A stretch of 64,000 bases of DNA from Oscillospiraceae bacterium (GTDB taxonomy: Bacteria > Bacillota > Clostridia > Oscillospirales > Ruminococcaceae), in the NCBI GenBank assembly GCA_029266315.1, contig JAQSXA010000010.1, positions 37,398-101,397 on the forward strand, in the 5' to 3' direction. The notes under the pieces were generated by a model. That model ran no database searches and was not told the DNA's origin. It saw only the letters and a program-made list of their open reading frames with translations. Below are positions 59,731-64,000 of this stretch, one piece after another (within the stretch, counting starts at the first letter, position 1; each line of letters begins with the position of its first letter). The position numbers were made by a program, and so were the translations under genes.

Positions 59731-60696
59731 TTACACGTAGAGAAAATCGTAGATATCTTCTGGTTTCATAGCGGGGGCAGCTTCTGCATGGGCAATGGAC
59801 TTTTCCATCTCGTCATCAAAAGCGCTGCGTTTCTGAGAAATATCATCCCCGGTCAAAACGCCCTCGACTACGAGCATAGCTTCTAAGTTCCTCACGCAAT
59901 CCTTCTCGGCTATCCATTTTTCTGTGACAGCAGCATCGCGGTAAGCACATTGGTCACCCTCAAAGTGACCTCTCCAACGGTAGGATTGGCACTCCAGAAT
60001 AGCAGGGCCATTACCGGCGCGGATACCGTCCACAAGTTCTTTGGCTGCCTCGTAAACAGCCAAGACATCGGTACCGTCCACCACCTTGGCGGGCATTCCG
60101 TAACCAGCGGCGCGGTCTGCCAGCGCATTAGCAACAGGGATTGTAGATGCGCAATGAGTAGAAATAGCGAATTGGTTGTTTTCACAAATAAAAAGTACTG
60201 GTAATTTCCAGGCAGCCGCAAGGTTCATGCCCTCATACACAGGGCCGCGGCTGGAAGTCCCCTCACCCATGAACATATAGGATACATTGTCTCGCTCTTC
60301 CATCTGAATGGTCAGGGCTGCGCCCACAGCCACACCAGTGTCGCAGCCAAGTGTGCCAGACATGCCTAGCATACCCTTGCTTAATTCGCCGATGTGCAGA
60401 CTACCTCCACGACCACCTGAATTGCCGGTGGTTTTGGCCAACAGCTCGCCGAAAAATACATCCAAGGATGTTCCCAACATTCTGGGGAGTGCTATAGGGC
60501 GATGAGCCAATTTATAGTAATCGCCGTCTTTTCGGGTGGAGAGCACACCCACGTAGGTGGCCTCCTGTCCCACACCGCTGTGGACATGGCCAGGCACACG
60601 TCCCTGTGCATACAGTTCAACGAGTTTCTCTTCCATCAAGCGAGTCTCCAACAAATGCGTGTAGATTTCTCGAAGAAATTCTTTTGAATATTGCAT
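59731..60696 (-). CDS. 2-oxoacid dehydrogenase E1 alpha subunit (TPP-dependent)
   Basis: The TPP-binding motif is FMGEGTSSRG...LPVLFICENNQFAIST. Length of 321 aa is as in AcoA/BkdAA-type subunits. Confidence 0.9.
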   Translation of the reverse strand: MQYSKEFLREIYTHLLETRLMEEKLVELYAQGRVPGHVHSGVGQEATYVGVLSTRKDGDYYKLAHRPIALPRMLGTSLDVFFGELLAKTTGNSGGRGGSLHIGELSKGMLGMSGTLGCDTGVAVGAALTIQMEERDNVSYMFMGEGTSSRGPVYEGMNLAAAWKLPVLFICENNQFAISTHCASTIPVANALADRAAGYGMPAKVVDGTDVLAVYEAAKELVDGIRAGNGPAILECQSYRWRGHFEGDQCAYRDAAVTEKWIAEKDCVRNLEAMLVVEGVLTGDDISQKRSAFDDEMEKSIAHAEAAPAMKPEDIYDFLYV

Positions 60697-60863
60697 ATAG
60701 AACCTCCTACTACTTTTTTGGGGGGTGATGTTTGTAGACTGTGTTTAAAAATGGGCGATCATGGGATTTAAGTCTAAAAACAATTGTCATTAGCTTTCGT
60801 GAATGACGCTTTAAGACCGAGCCAAAAGTTAAGCGGTTTTTTTGACGTTCCTACATAATATTG

Positions 60864-60901
60864 CAAAAAGTGCGCGACTGCAAAGCTTGCAACCGCGCAC
60901 T
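60864..60901 (-). terminator. Hairpin terminator between the TRAP genes and the E1/E2 genes
   Basis: Reverse strand has stem agtgcgcggttgcaa / ttgcagtcgcgcact (8+5 bp with a 2-nt internal mismatch), then TTTTT. Confidence 0.65.
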
Positions 60902-60958
60902 TACTTGTCAATGCAACTTGAAATTAGAATACTTCTTCATTCAAGACGCTGCTTGAAT

Positions 60959-62008
60959 TTACTTGGTGAAAGCAGCGATCAGCTCAGGGGTCAGAACAGG
61001 AGCGAACTCTTCATAGCAGGGAGCAGCTGCGTCCTTAAATTCCTTGGAAGCTTCGGGGGACAGCTCAGTGACAGTGATACCGGCAGCAGTCCACTTCTCA
61101 AGAACTTTCTTATCCTGCTCGCGCTGCAGTTTGCGCTGATTCTGGGCAGCCTTCAGGCCGCACTCGTTAACGATAGCCTGCAGCTCAGGGGAGAGAGAGT
61201 TATACAGTTCACCGTTCATGGTGAAGAAAATGCAGTCGTACACGCCAGTCCAGTAGGTAACATGCTTCTGAACTTCTGCAATGGAAGCGCCGTCAGCGGT
61301 GGGCAGCGGATTCTCCTGGCCGTCATAGGTGCCGGTCTGCAGACCAGTGTAAACCTCAGACCAGTTGGCATTCGCCCAGTTGGCGCCCCACAGTGCATAC
61401 TCACGGTTGAGCAGTTCAGAACCGGCAACACGCAGCTTCAGGCCCTTCATATCAGCCAAGCTGGCGATGGGGCGAACACTGTTGGTGGGATGACGGAAAC
61501 CGTTCTCGCCTACGCCAAGCAGATGCAGGCCCATGCTCTCGACGACTTCGCCGACAGCTTTGCCGCCTTCGCCGTCCAGTTTAGCATCAACATCTTCAAA
61601 AGAATCAAACAGGAACGGCAGTGAGACAACGTTCAGACGCTTATCAAAAGCGGAATAGATCAGGTTGGAGTGCGCAGACAGCTCAGTGGTACCATCAATA
61701 ACAGCCTGAATGCCCTCGGACTGATTTCCAGCAGTCAGCTGATCAGCAGCGTAAACTTCTACGGTAACGGCACCGCCAGTAGCCTCGTTCACCATTTTGC
61801 CGAAGTCACGGCCCATATCGGCCCAGACAGTGTTCTCGGTAGCGGAACAAGCAAACTTCCAGGTCTGCTTCTCAAAAGCGGGCTTCCCAGCTTCCGAAGG
61901 AGCCTGCTGAGCGGGGGTGCTGGTAGCGGGAGCAGAGCTTTTGCCACCGCAAGCAGCCATTGTCAGTACCATTGTCAAAGCCATAGACAATGCAAAAAAC
62001 TTTTTCAT
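60959..62008 (-). CDS. dctP: TRAP transporter substrate-binding lipoprotein (DctP family)
   Basis: The lipobox is LTMVLTMAACGG, followed by a Ser/Ala/Pro linker and a DctP-like core. It is adjacent to the DctM and DctQ subunits. Confidence 0.88.
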   Translation of the reverse strand: MKKFFALSMALTMVLTMAACGGKSSAPATSTPAQQAPSEAGKPAFEKQTWKFACSATENTVWADMGRDFGKMVNEATGGAVTVEVYAADQLTAGNQSEGIQAVIDGTTELSAHSNLIYSAFDKRLNVVSLPFLFDSFEDVDAKLDGEGGKAVGEVVESMGLHLLGVGENGFRHPTNSVRPIASLADMKGLKLRVAGSELLNREYALWGANWANANWSEVYTGLQTGTYDGQENPLPTADGASIAEVQKHVTYWTGVYDCIFFTMNGELYNSLSPELQAIVNECGLKAAQNQRKLQREQDKKVLEKWTAAGITVTELSPEASKEFKDAAAPCYEEFAPVLTPELIAAFTK

Positions 62009-62080
62009 TTGTTTTCCTCCTTAACGTCTTTGTTTTTTATCTGATATCACAAAATGTGATGGCAGACGATGAAACGGCTA

Positions 62081-63385
62081 TCAGCCATGCAGGAACACCG
62101 TGGAGAAGAAGGGAACGTAAGTGACAATCATCAAAGTAATGATACACGCTACAATCATAGGCCATACAGCCTTGGAAATGGTCTCAATGGTGACTGCGGT
62201 CTTGTCCTTTATATTTTGCAGCTTACTGCTGACACCGATGGCTACGAACAAGTTGACGCCTACAGGAGGAGTCACCTGACCAATCGCCAGGTTCACAGTA
62301 GACAGAACGCCAAAGTGGATGGGATCAATACCCAGCTTCTTGGCAACCGGGAACATAATGGGAATAAAGATGTACATGGCGGAGTTTGCGTCTACAAAGC
62401 AGCCAGCAATCAAGAAAATCACGTTGACAATCAGTAAGAACACATACTTGTTGCCGGAAATGTTAAGCAGCAAAGTCTGCGCAGCACCGGAGATGCCATG
62501 AACAGTGCATATGTAAGAGAACAAGGTGGCGGCACCAATAATCAGCATAATGCCACCGGTTGTCTTGCCGGAATCCACCAACAAGTCATATAGATCCTGC
62601 ATCTTGACTTCACGGTAGATAAACAAACCGACAAACAGACCATACACTACAGACACGGCTGCGGCCTCAGTGGGCGTAAAGATACCACCATAGATGCCGC
62701 CGAGAATGATGACAGGCATCAGGAAGCCCCAGAAGGATGCGCGGAAAGACTTAAACCGCTGGCTCATGCTGGCTCTCTCGCGGGATGCGGACAAGCCTTT
62801 CTTGCGAGCCTCAATCATGATGATGACAACCAGCGCCACACCCATCATAATGCCAGGAAGAATACCGCCCATAAACATATCGCCCACGGAAACACCGGTA
62901 ATAGAGGCATATACCACGAACGCAATCGAAGGCGGAATAACAATGGCGATGGAAGATGCAGTCGCCATCATTGCAGAGGAGAAAGGTGCCGAGAAACCAC
63001 CGCGGTTAATCATGGCAGGGATCAGAATGATGCCCAAAGCCGCCACGGTAGCTGGGCCAGAGCCAGAGATGGCGCCAAAGAAACAGGCAACCACTACACA
63101 CACGATTGCAATGCCGCCACGTCGGTGCCCAATACAGTCATCGATAAATTGCACCAGGCGTGTGGAGATGCCCGCTTTTGCCATGATGTTGCCGGACAAC
63201 ACGAAAAACGGAATAGCCAGCAACAGGAATTTTGCCATGCCATTATAGACGTTGGTAGGAACAATGGACAGCTTATCCCCAGAATAAACCATGGCGAAAA
63301 TCGAAGACAAACCCAAGCTAGTGCAGATGGGAACATTTAAGAACAGCAAAATAAAGAACGAGCCGAAGAGGATAAAGTTAATCAT
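62081..63385 (-). CDS. dctM: TRAP transporter large permease (DctM)
   Basis: 434-aa protein with about 12 TM helices. The start overlaps the dctQ stop by 4 nt. Confidence 0.92.
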   Translation of the reverse strand: MINFILFGSFFILLFLNVPICTSLGLSSIFAMVYSGDKLSIVPTNVYNGMAKFLLLAIPFFVLSGNIMAKAGISTRLVQFIDDCIGHRRGGIAIVCVVVACFFGAISGSGPATVAALGIILIPAMINRGGFSAPFSSAMMATASSIAIVIPPSIAFVVYASITGVSVGDMFMGGILPGIMMGVALVVIIMIEARKKGLSASRERASMSQRFKSFRASFWGFLMPVIILGGIYGGIFTPTEAAAVSVVYGLFVGLFIYREVKMQDLYDLLVDSGKTTGGIMLIIGAATLFSYICTVHGISGAAQTLLLNISGNKYVFLLIVNVIFLIAGCFVDANSAMYIFIPIMFPVAKKLGIDPIHFGVLSTVNLAIGQVTPPVGVNLFVAIGVSSKLQNIKDKTAVTIETISKAVWPMIVACIITLMIVTYVPFFSTVFLHG

Positions 63386-63903
63386 TTCTGCTGGTCCCCC
63401 TCATTCTCAATTTTAACGCAGTCAGCGTTATTAGTCATAACGTCCACACAAAATTCAATGCTATGTATAATCAAGAAAAAAGCGCCGATGGGCAGAAAAA
63501 TTGTAAATACCCATTCCGGCCAGCCCAGAGAAAAGGTATGCTTGCCGTTAGCCATTTGCGTCGCAACCTTATCCCAACCGGTCTTCAAAAGCAGAATCCA
63601 GAGCAAGGTATTGGCCACTGTAATGATGGCCACAAAGATCTTCTTGCCGCCAACCTTAAGGCGGTCAAAAATTAGGGACAGGCTAATCAGGCTTCCTTCA
63701 CGGGCACATAGCGCACAACCCATCATAATCATCAGAACAAACAGGTTGATAACCAACTCCTCCGTCCAGGCGAATTGGCTGTTGCTGAATTTGCGAACTA
63801 GCACGTTCGCAAACGTGATCAAAGTAACAACAATTAAAATGAGGCTGATTACAATTTTTTCAACCGCAGCGATGTTATCCATGATCTTTTTGTAGGCTTT
63901 CAT
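63382..63903 (-). CDS. dctQ: TRAP transporter small permease (DctQ)
   Basis: 173-aa protein with four TM helices, upstream of and overlapping dctM. AAGGAAGGGGA precedes the ATG. Confidence 0.88.
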   Translation of the reverse strand: MKAYKKIMDNIAAVEKIVISLILIVVTLITFANVLVRKFSNSQFAWTEELVINLFVLMIMMGCALCAREGSLISLSLIFDRLKVGGKKIFVAIITVANTLLWILLLKTGWDKVATQMANGKHTFSLGWPEWVFTIFLPIGAFFLIIHSIEFCVDVMTNNADCVKIENEGDQQK

Positions 63904-64000
63904 TCAATCGATCCCCTTCCTTAAAACTATGAGTCGTCAGATATGTAGTTATTGCTGTATAAATTCCCCTTTTATAGCAGTTGATCAGCCACTTTCTGGA

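Noticed and set aside
60842-61624. 260-aa plus-strand ORF over dctP
   Set aside because: It is an antisense shadow of the TRAP SBP gene, with a TTG start and no RBS.
62694-63248. 184-aa plus-strand ORF within dctM
   Set aside because: It is an antisense shadow of a polytopic permease gene.

Overview
The window reads as a contiguous chromosomal segment of a Gram-positive Firmicute, probably a Clostridia or Oscillospiraceae-like anaerobe. GC content is roughly 50-55% by eye, GGAGG-type ribosome-binding sites are common, and several starts are TTG or GTG. Lipoprotein 'AC' lipoboxes, an ecfA1-ecfA2-ecfT-truA string and ruvCAB support this placement. Coding density is high: I call 58 protein genes and one tRNA-Val(GAC). 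I found no rRNA, CRISPR array, transposase, integrase or prophage block. Most content is housekeeping: birA, a ClpE-type Hsp100, a PBP and an M23 peptidase, the ECF module, glmM, ruvCAB, secA, prmC and a liv-type amino-acid ABC system. Accessory-looking stretches appear AT-richer by eye. They include a second, compositionally different liv substrate-binding paralog and an orphan sdpR-sdpI pair with two perfect operators. They also include a Qnr-like pentapeptide-repeat gene and a ClbS/DfsB-like gene. I do not see a clear novel system. There are two best candidates for poorly described biology. The first is a four-gene ABC-2 module (26.8-31.6 kb) that carries a 538-aa membrane-anchored protein I cannot assign. 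The second is a TRAP transporter followed by E1-alpha/E1-beta/E2, a lipoate ligase and a COG2509-type flavoprotein, with no E3 in the window (54.8-63.9 kb). Coordinates of starts, promoters and hairpins were read by eye and need computational confirmation.
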